From: a virus
IMG/VR virus record: IMGVR_UViG_3300045988_036009
Length of the DNA stretch: 58,752 nucleotides
Direction: 5' to 3' (one strand)
Shown one piece after another: positions 7,011 to 16,300 of this stretch (the stretch's first letter is position 1; each line of letters opens with the position of its first letter). The translations under genes were made by a program, and so were the position numbers. The notes under the pieces are model-generated. The model made no database searches and had not been told where the DNA came from. It saw only the letters and a list, made by a program, of their open reading frames with translations.

Positions 7011-7082
7011 GAATAGGCTATAAATTTAACCATCCGGAATCGAACCGGCATTTATATAAGCTTCCTCTCGCGGTACCTATCC
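7011..7082 (-). ncRNA. 72-nt stem-closed structured RNA candidate containing a tRNA T-arm-like hairpin
   Basis: Minus strand reads GGATAGG...TATAAAT-GCCGGTTCGATTCCGG-ATGGTTAA-ATTTATA-G-CCTATTC followed by TTTTTTTT. The outer 7-bp helix is GGATAGG/CCTATTC and the inner 7-bp helix is TATAAAT/ATTTATA. The GGTTCGATTCC box is present. It begins 5-6 nt after the -10 of P5 and has no ORF. Confidence 0.45.
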
Positions 7083-7087
7083 TCTTC

Positions 7088-7118
7088 ATTATAGTGTATG
7101 TAATTTCTGCGAAAAAAA
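7088..7118 (-). promoter_or_regulatory. Conserved promoter/leader cassette, copy P5
   Basis: Minus strand reads TTTTTTTCGCAGAAATTACA-TACAC-TATAAT-GAAGAGGATAGG. The T-run is shared with the terminator of 7143..7559. Confidence 0.6.
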
Positions 7119-7137
7119 GAAAGGGACTTGTGTCCCT
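7112..7137 (-). terminator. Rho-independent terminator
   Basis: Minus strand reads GGGAC-ACAA-GTCCC followed by TTTCTTTTTTT, 5 nt after the stop of 7143..7559. Confidence 0.7.
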
Positions 7138-7142
7138 CAACT

Positions 7143-7559
7143 CTATAGTGATTTATAGAAGTTAACTAATTCATCAGTATCTTTCTCAACTTCTTTAACT
7201 CGTTGATTAATTTGCTCACAAATTTCTTTTACTTCCTTTTCATCAATATCGTTGATTTTCACAAATCCCATTTCTAGATTAGTAGAAATATTTTCCATTG
7301 TGTTCCATGTATCATATACTTTGTAACTACGTGTAAACACTTCTTCATAAGTAACGCAATCCAATAAAGTTTTGAGTTCGCTTCTTATTCTTTTATAAAG
7401 ATTTCGATAATATTCTTTAATGTATAAACTAGCAGTACTATGCGCTAGTCCAATACTCATTAATTTCTCTAACATCTTTTCTAAGTCATAATCCTCGTAC
7501 ATCAAAGCTAATTTGATCATGTTTTCTTGATTTAGTGTAAGTTGTTGTTTTTCAGTCAT
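7143..7559 (-). CDS. Hypothetical protein
   Basis: 138-aa ORF served by cassette copy P6 (AAGGAGGG RBS). Confidence 0.7.
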   Translation of the reverse strand: MTEKQQLTLNQENMIKLALMYEDYDLEKMLEKLMSIGLAHSTASLYIKEYYRNLYKRIRSELKTLLDCVTYEEVFTRSYKVYDTWNTMENISTNLEMGFVKINDIDEKEVKEICEQINQRVKEVEKDTDELVNFYKSL

Positions 7560-7588
7560 GATAATGACCCTCCTTAAATTATCTTTTC

Positions 7589-7617
7589 ATTATCAACCCT
7601 GTAATTTCTGCGAAAAA
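7589..7617 (-). promoter_or_regulatory. Conserved promoter/leader cassette, copy P6
   Basis: Minus strand reads TTTTTCGCAGAAATTACA-GGGTT-GATAAT-GAAAAGATAATTTAAGGAGGG-N9-ATG(7559). Confidence 0.6.
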
Positions 7618-7638
7618 GAAGGGAGCCATGTAGGCCCC
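7613..7638 (-). terminator. Probable rho-independent terminator after the lysin operon
   Basis: Minus strand reads GGGGCCT-ACAT-GGCTCCC followed by TTCTTTTT, which merges into P6. Lies 6 nt after the stop of 7645..8184. Confidence 0.55.
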
Positions 7639-7644
7639 GCTTCA

Positions 7645-8184
7645 TTAGTAACGTAGAGGATCGATAGCTCTCTTATATTTGGTCTTAGCTTTGCTCTTTT
7701 CCAGTTTGGTGGTAGCGCTAGCTTTTTCCTTTTTATATTGAGCTTTAGCCGCTTTATTCTTTTCTAGGTTACGAACTTGCCGCTCGAGTAATCCGGTTGC
7801 GCTATTATTCTTCTTATAGTTGTCCTTAAGTTTCTTAAGCGCAGCATTACGAGATTCCCAGTTCTTATTCTCTAGTTTGGCAATCTTCTTATTATCGCCT
7901 TTCATACGACCAATACGATCTTCCTTATCCGCGTATTCAGCTTTCAATTTCTTCTTATCAGCCTTATACTTCTTCTTGTCACGCCAATATTGCAAATTGG
8001 TTTTTGTTTTTGCTTTTGATGATAGAAATGGGTGCGTGTAAGAATTAACATAAATCTTACCGACGTTACCAGCAGCTCGAACTGCTTTACGAACACCCCA
8101 CTTCATACCTTTTGTTCCGAAATGAAGTAATACATCATCCATATTATCAACGTGGACCAATTGACCTTCTTCAATCAGTTTCAT
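7645..8184 (-). CDS. Basic protein of the HxGxKGMKWG-motif family (member E)
   Basis: 179 aa. N-terminus ...DDVLLHFGTKGMKWGVRK followed by a Lys-rich (KKKYKADKKKLKAEY...) tail. The ATGA start overlaps the endolysin stop. Confidence 0.75.
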   Translation of the reverse strand: MKLIEEGQLVHVDNMDDVLLHFGTKGMKWGVRKAVRAAGNVGKIYVNSYTHPFLSSKAKTKTNLQYWRDKKKYKADKKKLKAEYADKEDRIGRMKGDNKKIAKLENKNWESRNAALKKLKDNYKKNNSATGLLERQVRNLEKNKAAKAQYKKEKASATTKLEKSKAKTKYKRAIDPLRY

Positions 8185-8918
8185 AGTTTACCTTCCATAT
8201 CTTCAGCATCATCAAGATAGTTGTCGTCAATCCATTGCGCAGATTGCGGTGAACCGATACGAGAATATCCGTCAACCTTCTCATAGACACGCACACGAGA
8301 ACCTTTCTTGAATAGTTCTTTTTCTTCAGCACCAGCGAATGGTTGAGCTTCAACCCAATAGTCCTCTGTGATAGTCGCTTCATAATATGGTTGTTCGCTT
8401 GATGGTAGATGTGTACCAACATTCAACTCATGCTCGAAGCTGTTTTCAGCCATCTCAAGTTGAGGAGGGTTAGGGACACGAGCTCCACCGTTGTAACGAT
8501 AGAAGTAGAAGTATGGTTGACCATTATAACCCCAGATTTCATCGTGGTTATTTCGAGTAATACCATTATATCCATAGTTACAGTGGATAATAGTTCCTTC
8601 TGAGTCTAGGAAAATACCTGTGTGACCAAATGCCCCAGCGGAATATCCTTTTTGTCCCCAGATGAAAATATCACCAGCTTGTACGTCAGCTTCCTCATTT
8701 TCTGCCAACAGTACCCAGCCATTTTGCAACAACCAGTCGTGCATTGTCTCAGTCGAACAAGGCCAAGGTAGAGTACTCATGCCACCGGCTACACCAGCAT
8801 AATACATTGATGATGAACAGTCAAATGAGTCTGGGCCTGTACGATGCAACATGGAATATGTCACTCGTCCTTCACGAGCGACCATCCATGCAATCATCAG
8901 TGCGGGATTTACTGTCAT
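8181..8918 (-). CDS. Endolysin: Pal-type (Amidase_5 family) N-acetylmuramoyl-L-alanine amidase with C-terminal SH3-like wall-binding domain
   Basis: The N-half ...GRVTYSMLHRTGPDSFDCSSSMYYAG...GDIFIWGQKGYSAGAFGHTGIF...IIHCNYGYNGI...GQPYFYFYRY is colinear with the pneumococcal phage Dp-1 Pal amidase module as I remember it. The C-terminal 80 aa look SH3b-like. GGAGGA RBS. Confidence 0.8.
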   Translation of the reverse strand: MTVNPALMIAWMVAREGRVTYSMLHRTGPDSFDCSSSMYYAGVAGGMSTLPWPCSTETMHDWLLQNGWVLLAENEEADVQAGDIFIWGQKGYSAGAFGHTGIFLDSEGTIIHCNYGYNGITRNNHDEIWGYNGQPYFYFYRYNGGARVPNPPQLEMAENSFEHELNVGTHLPSSEQPYYEATITEDYWVEAQPFAGAEEKELFKKGSRVRVYEKVDGYSRIGSPQSAQWIDDNYLDDAEDMEGKL

Positions 8919-8932
8919 ATTAAGTTCCTCCG

Positions 8933-9334
8933 TTAAATTTGTGGTTTGGTTTTCAATGATGACATCTTATTCACTTTGTTTGCTCGAGCTTTCCATTGAG
9001 CAACACGATCTTTTCTAGATTTTACTTTATCGTCAATCAATTTACCATAGGCGTTCTTTTGGAATTTTTCCATCATTTGACGAGTAACTTTATTTTTACC
9101 ATAAATCTTCTCAAGGGTCTTATAGTCTTCAGGGCCATTAAGAGCTTGAGTATCTTTGTATGATTTGATCATGGTTCTATCGCGCCAGTCATCTTTTCGT
9201 TCCTGATCGGTAGCTACGTCTAGGGGTAACATTTCCCGTCCTTCAATGTCCGCACGATTTTTACGCCATTTCATACCCTTTTTACCATAGTGTTGGATTA
9301 CGCTGCGTGAGTCGTCAATTGCTGTGTATGCCAT
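8933..9334 (-). CDS. Basic protein of the HxGxKGMKWG-motif family (member D, diverged)
   Basis: 133 aa. N-terminus ...SRSVIQHYGKKGMKWRKNR, with a Lys/Arg-rich remainder. GGAGGA RBS. Confidence 0.7.
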   Translation of the reverse strand: MAYTAIDDSRSVIQHYGKKGMKWRKNRADIEGREMLPLDVATDQERKDDWRDRTMIKSYKDTQALNGPEDYKTLEKIYGKNKVTRQMMEKFQKNAYGKLIDDKVKSRKDRVAQWKARANKVNKMSSLKTKPQI

Positions 9335-9336
9335 AT

Positions 9337-9858
9337 TTAGTTTCCTCCAGTTTCTGCTGCTTTCTTAAAGTCGTTCGGATTTAAGTGAACGACGTCTTGC
9401 CACTTTAAAATTTCTACGATGCCGTTCTTGTGGTAATCCGAGAACAGTTTGTAGATATCCGTAGTATCTTTAGGGATTGTGAGTGGCTTATTCATAGTAA
9501 CCATAGCATAGTCACCTTCCCAACCCTCAGCTTCGTAATTAGGGATACGAAGTTTGATTTGAGATCCTGGGAAATATGACTCACCAATCTCACCTTCTTT
9601 AAGGTATTGAATAAGCGTAGCAAATTGGTTGTCATAAATAAATGGAGAACGCAAGTTAACATCTAGCAAAGTAGACATTAACGTGTGTTCGTCACGGTGT
9701 TGAAGATCTTGAATAAGATATTTACCAATTTCTTCGTCGGTTTGTTGCTTCATATCTTCTGTTAAGACATAAGGATATTCGTAGCGGAAATATGGATTGT
9801 TATCCACAACCGCTACTTTAGTCCCTTCTTCATCTTCGAAGCGTTCTAGTTTAAACAT
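9337..9858 (-). CDS. Hypothetical protein (tail-fibre-associated by position)
   Basis: 173-aa ORF between the collagen-like fibre gene and the lysis region. No motif recognised. Confidence 0.65.
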   Translation of the reverse strand: MFKLERFEDEEGTKVAVVDNNPYFRYEYPYVLTEDMKQQTDEEIGKYLIQDLQHRDEHTLMSTLLDVNLRSPFIYDNQFATLIQYLKEGEIGESYFPGSQIKLRIPNYEAEGWEGDYAMVTMNKPLTIPKDTTDIYKLFSDYHKNGIVEILKWQDVVHLNPNDFKKAAETGGN

Positions 9859-9870
9859 AAATTAACCTCG

Positions 9871-12417
9871 TTATCTAGTAATTTGGTCTGGCCACGGATC
9901 GTCCGTGGTATAAGTCATAGTTGTAAATCGAATATCCCCAATATCACGATCTGTTGGTACGTCGTTCAGGAATTGCAAGCGCACTTGTCTAGAATCAGTA
10001 ACACCACCAACATAGAATGTACCGTAAGGAACACCTTTATCGTTTGTCATATTCCCAAGTTTAGATCCTGTAGGGATAAAGCCTTCTTTAAGACCTCCTT
10101 GAGGAATGATAGTTACAAATTTGTTACGGTCTGATGGGTGATCTGCATATCCAGCAGCGCCTCTTCGTTTAATACCGAACCAACCCCATGCCAATCCACC
10201 CCAAGTCAATTCAACAGTGGAATTGATACGCCGGAATGTCAATACTGCACCGTTTAGAGGAGAACCTGTCATCGGTAATATAACATTTCCAGTATCACCA
10301 TATAACACACGCCAACAATTTCGTGCCTGATTACGATCCGCATTCTCAGCATACATCTGAGTCTTGATCCATTTCAATGCACCGTTCTTACGAAGTCGGT
10401 CGACATATACAGATCCGATTGGAATATTCTTGAGAGTGGCAATATTATCACCATCATATGGGTAATTATTACCAAAGACGGTATCCACATCATTACCAGC
10501 AACAATGGTCGTACCCCCACCAGATCCACCGTTTACAGCTTTAATAGCCTCAGTCATCCGTGACGTGGTCACAAATGGATCTCCACCATTACGCAACTTA
10601 TCATCAACCACAGCATCGATACCAAGAGCTAAGTGTTGGGTCTTGATATTGGTTGTCATTTGGGTTAGAAGATTTTCGTATGTTGGGAAAATAGCATACA
10701 AGTCATTGAGCTTCTTGTATTCTGATGGGATTTCAACAGTTGGAGCGGGTTTGTTCTCAAGAGTTGTAACCCGTCCATCAACGTCACTAACTTGTGATTG
10801 GATACCAGTAACGTCAGATTTAACCTGATTGAGCTCTGGCTTAGTCGCAAAGTTAGTAGTATCGATAGTTGGAGATTCTCCGGGAGGACCGGCCGGTCCC
10901 GCTGGTCCCATAGGACCTGGTTGTCCATCTTCACCTTTAGGGCCACGCTCGCCAGGTTCTCCTTTATCCCCCTTAGGACCCGGAGGTCCAGGAGGGCCTT
11001 GGATACCTTGTTCACCTTGAGGGCCAGGAGTTCCTGAGCCACCACCGCCGTTTGTTTTGAGTTCTTTAAGGTTAATTTCGGCGGTACCAACTCGACCGTT
11101 TAGAAATTCCAAACTTGACCGAAGTTGATTAACCTCAGAAACACTAGGACCTGGCGCGGGAAGTTTTAACAGTACATTTGCACCATTGTATAAAGTTCCT
11201 CCTCCATCAATATCATCGACCATTCGCAAGTCAGAGTCTTTGACAAAGTCATCAAGCTTACCAGCAGTCTTAATATCGTTCCACAAAGTTGTAACATAAG
11301 AATCGTCCTTCTTAAGAATTGTAGTAATATCTTGAGAAGTAAGTTGATCCTTCAGTGTCTTTAAGATCGCCTCAGAAATACTTGCAGATAACTTCTGCTC
11401 AATACCTTCTAGTTTGGTGTTGATTCCAGTGATGTTTGATTCGTTAGTCTCGATCTTGGTAGTAAGTTCGGACTTAACCGTGTCAGCATATCCATGTGTA
11501 TCCACCCCAGCAATTGCCCGTTGGACAATCGGATCGATAAATTCATTTGATTGGAGTTTCTCGTTAATTGTGGAGGTCACACTATCCACAATAGCTTGTT
11601 TCTCCTCTGTGAATTTAGAGTTAACCAAAGCTGTCAAATCCAATTTAAGCTGAGGAATGTCGACGGCATTAACAATCTCCGCTTTAATTTGCTCTGTTTT
11701 GGTGTTGAACTCACTAAGGATATTTGTCTTAATTGTATCCACGTCAATACCAGCAACTTTAGATTCGACGGCTTGAATCTTACTGTCCTGATTTTGCATG
11801 GATTTTGATTGTTCTTCTTTGATTGCATCAACCTTAGCTGTTACAGCCGTAAGAACATCAGATTGGATCTTAGCGGTGTCGATAGACTTGATCACACGAT
11901 TGAAAATGTCATTCTTAAGAGCGACAGTATCAATTTCAACTCCATCTTTGTCCGATAGTCCAGATTTAGCAATAACTTTGTCAATGACACTACGCAAGAA
12001 ATCAGTGTTCACTACGTCGGATCCCACCTCGACATAGATCGGTGATTCGTTTGTGTTGAACTCACGGACAAATAAGTATTTATCAGCTCCAGTATAACCA
12101 CGGTCTGCCCCATCTTCATCTTTTGGTGAAAATACGTCAAACTTCATGGTAATTGAGTCTGATAAAAATGATGATTTTGGAATAACAATCTTGGCATATC
12201 CAGAATAACCAATTAGGTCGTTAGGAATATCCAAATTTAGGCATCCAGTAGTAGGTTCCCATTTTGCTTGTAATTCCGTTGATGTATCATGAGATGTCCG
12301 GAACAAAACACCGGAGATAACCTCTGTATCCCCGGCACTTGGTTCGGCAAATTTGATACTTAAGCTACGATCACTACCATCATCAACGATAGTGACCGGC
12401 GTGTCTAAGTACCGCAT
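9871..12417 (-). CDS. Collagen-like tail fibre / receptor-binding protein
   Basis: 848 aa, AAGGAGGA RBS. Long coiled-coil-like N-half, 18 uninterrupted Gly-X-Y triplets, then a globular C-terminal domain. Lies downstream of Tal. Confidence 0.75.
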   Translation of the reverse strand: MRYLDTPVTIVDDGSDRSLSIKFAEPSAGDTEVISGVLFRTSHDTSTELQAKWEPTTGCLNLDIPNDLIGYSGYAKIVIPKSSFLSDSITMKFDVFSPKDEDGADRGYTGADKYLFVREFNTNESPIYVEVGSDVVNTDFLRSVIDKVIAKSGLSDKDGVEIDTVALKNDIFNRVIKSIDTAKIQSDVLTAVTAKVDAIKEEQSKSMQNQDSKIQAVESKVAGIDVDTIKTNILSEFNTKTEQIKAEIVNAVDIPQLKLDLTALVNSKFTEEKQAIVDSVTSTINEKLQSNEFIDPIVQRAIAGVDTHGYADTVKSELTTKIETNESNITGINTKLEGIEQKLSASISEAILKTLKDQLTSQDITTILKKDDSYVTTLWNDIKTAGKLDDFVKDSDLRMVDDIDGGGTLYNGANVLLKLPAPGPSVSEVNQLRSSLEFLNGRVGTAEINLKELKTNGGGGSGTPGPQGEQGIQGPPGPPGPKGDKGEPGERGPKGEDGQPGPMGPAGPAGPPGESPTIDTTNFATKPELNQVKSDVTGIQSQVSDVDGRVTTLENKPAPTVEIPSEYKKLNDLYAIFPTYENLLTQMTTNIKTQHLALGIDAVVDDKLRNGGDPFVTTSRMTEAIKAVNGGSGGGTTIVAGNDVDTVFGNNYPYDGDNIATLKNIPIGSVYVDRLRKNGALKWIKTQMYAENADRNQARNCWRVLYGDTGNVILPMTGSPLNGAVLTFRRINSTVELTWGGLAWGWFGIKRRGAAGYADHPSDRNKFVTIIPQGGLKEGFIPTGSKLGNMTNDKGVPYGTFYVGGVTDSRQVRLQFLNDVPTDRDIGDIRFTTMTYTTDDPWPDQITR
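10873..11034 (-). repeat. Collagen triple-helix repeat (18 x Gly-X-Y)
   Basis: Translation [55 protein letters not shown] locally GC-rich patch in an AT-rich genome. Confidence 0.9.
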
Positions 12418-12433
12418 TTAAATCCTCCTTGGT

Positions 12434-13042
12434 TTATTGAGTAGGAGTGTTCTCCTTAGCGAATGGGTATGAAACAGCAATACCGTTTTGACCGAAATAT
12501 CCTGTTTCAGTGAATTCTGAAGCTGCTTGGCCAGAATATGTGAAGTCACGATTTGCTTGAGCAATGACAAGTTTACCTTCACCATCAACTTCTGTGTGGT
12601 TAGGATCTTTGATTGCGAAGATATCTCCAGCTTTGATAAGTTTACCTTCTTCGGCTAGAGGGATCTGTTCGGCAAATTGTTTGTAGACAACACCGTATTT
12701 GACACCCTCGCTCATTACTGTGTTGAGAACAACAGTATGAGTTAGCTTGTTGATTTTTGCGATAGCTTCTGCGTTACTGTCGGATTTCGTATTCGCATTA
12801 TCAATCTCCTTAACAATTTCTTGTTGCGCAAACTCTGAGAAATTCGTGTAGAATTCTTGTCGTTTGATTTGACGCAACAGATCATCGTGTTCTTTTGATG
12901 TTTGGTCACCGTTAAGAACATAATCCATCACAGCGAAATATGGATTTTCCTGTTTGATAGATACTACAGTTCCGACGACAGCGCCATCAGAGCCATAGCG
13001 AGGATATACGTTTGTTACTTTGTATTCACCATAAATACCCAT
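12434..13042 (-). CDS. Hypothetical structural protein (baseplate/fibre region)
   Basis: 202-aa ORF, TAATG overlap with the upstream gene. Confidence 0.65.
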   Translation of the reverse strand: MGIYGEYKVTNVYPRYGSDGAVVGTVVSIKQENPYFAVMDYVLNGDQTSKEHDDLLRQIKRQEFYTNFSEFAQQEIVKEIDNANTKSDSNAEAIAKINKLTHTVVLNTVMSEGVKYGVVYKQFAEQIPLAEEGKLIKAGDIFAIKDPNHTEVDGEGKLVIAQANRDFTYSGQAASEFTETGYFGQNGIAVSYPFAKENTPTQ

Positions 13043-13320
13043 TATTTATTTTCCTCCGTAGTGTGTGGATGAGGATCTGGTTCACCTTCTAGTTTACGCA
13101 GATCTTCCATAAGTTCGTTATTTTTATCGAGTAAAGCGTTGTACTCTTTTCTGAGTTCCTCTTTTTCATCGATAAGTTTTTTGTGTTCTTCTTGGAGTTT
13201 GTTATACTCCTCAAGGTAGAACTCGGCTTGAGCCTTTACCAATGCAACGTCACTCTCTGCGCGAGTTAATAGTGTTTGCATTTCTCCAAAAGCTCGTTTA
13301 TAAAGTTGTTCTTCGTTCAT
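13042..13320 (-). CDS. Small coiled-coil protein
   Basis: 92 aa, almost entirely heptad-like (LEEYNKLQEEHKKLIDEKEELRKEYNALLDKNNELMEDLRKLE). Start overlaps the Tal stop. Confidence 0.65.
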   Translation of the reverse strand: MNEEQLYKRAFGEMQTLLTRAESDVALVKAQAEFYLEEYNKLQEEHKKLIDEKEELRKEYNALLDKNNELMEDLRKLEGEPDPHPHTTEENK

Positions 13321-16300
13321 TATAGTCCACCTAATTGTGCGACTCCTTGGGAAATCGAAGCATTAACCGAAGCATTGTTCTTTTTACTGAGCATTGCGGG
13401 GGTCATTCCGTTTCGCCAATGGACCCATAGTTCACATAATCCTTTCAATATTCCGTATAAATCATAGTATGTTCCGAATGCTGTTGGACGAATTATCAGC
13501 CCTCTAGCAGATGTGAATGAGTCTGTAAATACCATTCTATCCCCGTATACTTCAATTTGGTCTATCTTGGCGTCGTGAGATGCGCCTCTAGCAGATTGAC
13601 GGAAACAACGAATTCCCGCAAATCGTCCTGAAGATTGTGAATTAATTCCATCGCCTGAAGAGGTTATACCGAACCCGGCATATAAGGAGCCTTTAAACTG
13701 ACCAGATCTTAACTCATCAAAATGCATAAACGCAGTATGTATTTTATCGGGGGTTTGACGAAAAATAGTATTAGAATCATTATAGAATTGAATTGATCCT
13801 CCGTTAAAGAAATTTAACTTCGATCCATTTAAATCAAACTTAACATCTCCATTAAGAGATGACAAAATCCCGCCTCTAATATGTGATGCGCTCATTGTAC
13901 CAGACACAATATTATTTGCGTTTAGGTTTATGACATCAACATTCGCAGCATTAATTTGTCCTGAAGTAATCTTAGACGCATTCAAATCTTCAATCCAACT
14001 CTCTTTGATAAAAGCTGTACCATTGGCTATGACGTCCCCATCAAGAACAATGCTTTTACCTTTAAGACGTAGTCCTGAGCGATCGGCATTGATAGCGGTG
14101 ATGACATCTTTAGGTCCTGAGAGAGTTAATGCCCAGGCATCATTCTTCTGAGATATGACAGTTGAGGATACACCGCCAGATGGTTTATACCGTCCAACAG
14201 TTTCTCCACGCACAAGCATAATCTCCTTAATACCAAATCGACCTTCTCCGGTTAATTTAATACGGAATGAGAATCGACCATTATATCCGTTGACATTATC
14301 GAATATATGCTGACCGACTACATCGAATGTATCTTTGGTGTAGGTTTGGTATTGATAGCCAGGTTGAGCTGTCAGTCTTTTAGTATATACCGGCGTTCCA
14401 TTGTTATCGATAATTTGCAATTCGACATTCATATCTTTATTGCCTCGATAAACTCCGGTTGCGTCCATGTGGTATTTACAATAGAAAGTGTACTTATCAC
14501 CATCTTCCATTTTGTCTATCACAAGAGGTAATGACACAAATGCGGAATTGTTTGAATATGTTCCGTCGTAACTTCCTTTAGAAAAATAGAAGTACTCAGC
14601 ACTTCCGTAATTTCCAGGTCTGGCAGATATGGTGTATCCATCAACTCCATTAGTGAAGCCACTTAATTTTGCAGATAAGAATGTATCAGTATCGACAATT
14701 AGGTTATCGGTGGATTGTGATGCATTAGTGATAACCGTTTTGATCTCATCACTTGATTGGATTAACTGAGAAATAGATGTGGTGATCCCATTTTGAGTAG
14801 TACCCAAAGTCCGTTTGTAAATATCAACGGTCTGTAGAACCTCTTGGAATTTCTCACTAGATTCTAAGTCAATGTCCTCATATGCCGGAGCATAGTCTGT
14901 CCACAAATCCCCATCCCACATCATTGCATCTTTGATGTCGACAGCAACGTTAGTTCCTGCTGGTTTACCACCTATGTCAATACGGAATCGGATTTGTGCG
15001 CCCTCATTAAGAGTCTTCTCGGTAATATCAAACCATCCGACTTTCGTTTTGTATTCGTTTGACGTGGAAATATCCCAGTTGTCTTTTTTATACTCAGATG
15101 GTAGACCAAATCTAGTTTCATGACCTACAATCCATTGAATATAACTTGTCGGGTTATAAACTTCACACGAGACTCGCATACTTGTGATACCGGGAGTGGT
15201 TGTACGAACTTTGTATTGGACATTCAGACGGTCACCAACCTTGTACCCAAGAGCCTTCAGTGTCTTCTTGTCAATAAACCAATATCCATTAATAACATCC
15301 CAGGCATTATTACCTTGTGCGTTTTTAATCGGTCCATTGAAATTGATTTCGGTCTTAGTCTTAGCGAGTAAGTTTCGACTACCATATTTCTTAGGAATCT
15401 TTTGGTCAATAACAGAAGATAACTCAGTCTTAATTCGACCAGCCTCCTGTGTAACACGAGTAGCTAGATCTGAAGTCCTAGCGTAATCAGTTAATCTGGT
15501 GTTGATTTGGGTTTGGATCTTGCCGTCAACCAAATTGAATTTGGTATCGGTATAGGACTTTGCTTCACTTGTAGCCGAGGGTAGGGCATTATACTTAACG
15601 TCGTTTATAGACTCCCTAACAGAAGCGACTGAGATCATGATATTGTCTTTGGCTTGTTCGATAGCCGACGATACAGCAGATGAGATCCTACCATCCACAT
15701 CTCGAGTAACGCTATTGACTGACGTTTGAATACCGTCGATCCTAGCGTTCAAGCTTGTCTCAACGGCAGTTACTTTCCCGCTAACTGTATCCAAATCAGT
15801 ACGAGATACCTTAGCGGAAATTGAGTCTTTGATGACCTTCAGTTCCGCGGCAGTGCTCGTCGCATTGCCATCAACCTTCTTCTCCAGGTTTTGTGCAGCG
15901 ATTTTGATTTCGTTCGCCTTCTGGTCAATAGAGGTTGACATCTTCGAGATCTCGCCATCAACCGTCGATTTGTATTGGCTTATGGCAGTGGAAATCTTGT
16001 TTGGAACTAGATTTAGTTCTGCTTTAGCACTTTCTATCTCACCGTCTAGATGGTTTACTGTCTCTTGATCGGCTTTAGCGGCCAATCCAGTATTAAGATG
16101 TTGGATCTCAGTGGAGTTGGTAGTAACTCGGCCCTCAGTGTCGGTAATCCGTCTCTTCATAGACGCCAAATCACCATCAACAGTGGATTTGTAGTTCTTC
16201 CACTTCTGCTCACCATCAGCGGCACTAGGTACCCAGCCAGTAGCTTTGTTGCCTTCTTCAACTTTCCACTTGTATGTGTATATGTTGGCGCCGTCGATAT

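Noticed and set aside
6792-7016. Track ORFs 6792..6980 (-) and 6819..7016 (+) in the gap between 6853 and 7143
   Set aside because: They run straight through three promoter cassettes and the tRNA-like element, have no RBS, and give implausible translations. The region is better explained as non-coding RNA units.
5211-7617. Reading the repeated ~45-nt cassettes as a CRISPR array or as transposon ends
   Set aside because: Spacing is irregular (60 nt to 770 nt). Each copy sits exactly upstream of an RBS/ATG or an RNA unit and contains a TATAAT box. There are no inverted-repeat partners, no cas genes and no transposase genes.
8171-8422. 83-aa minus-strand ORF overlapping the 3' part of the endolysin gene
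   Set aside because: It is out of frame within the SH3-like domain coding region and has no RBS. The endolysin frame has clear family motifs.
10665-11090. Nested or alternative-frame minus-strand ORFs inside larger genes (for example 10665..11090, 16748..17095, 29400..29666, 33022..33297, 43791..44018, 44679..44924, 51773..52066)
   Set aside because: All lie completely within longer ORFs that have recognisable domains or better RBS context. None has its own RBS.
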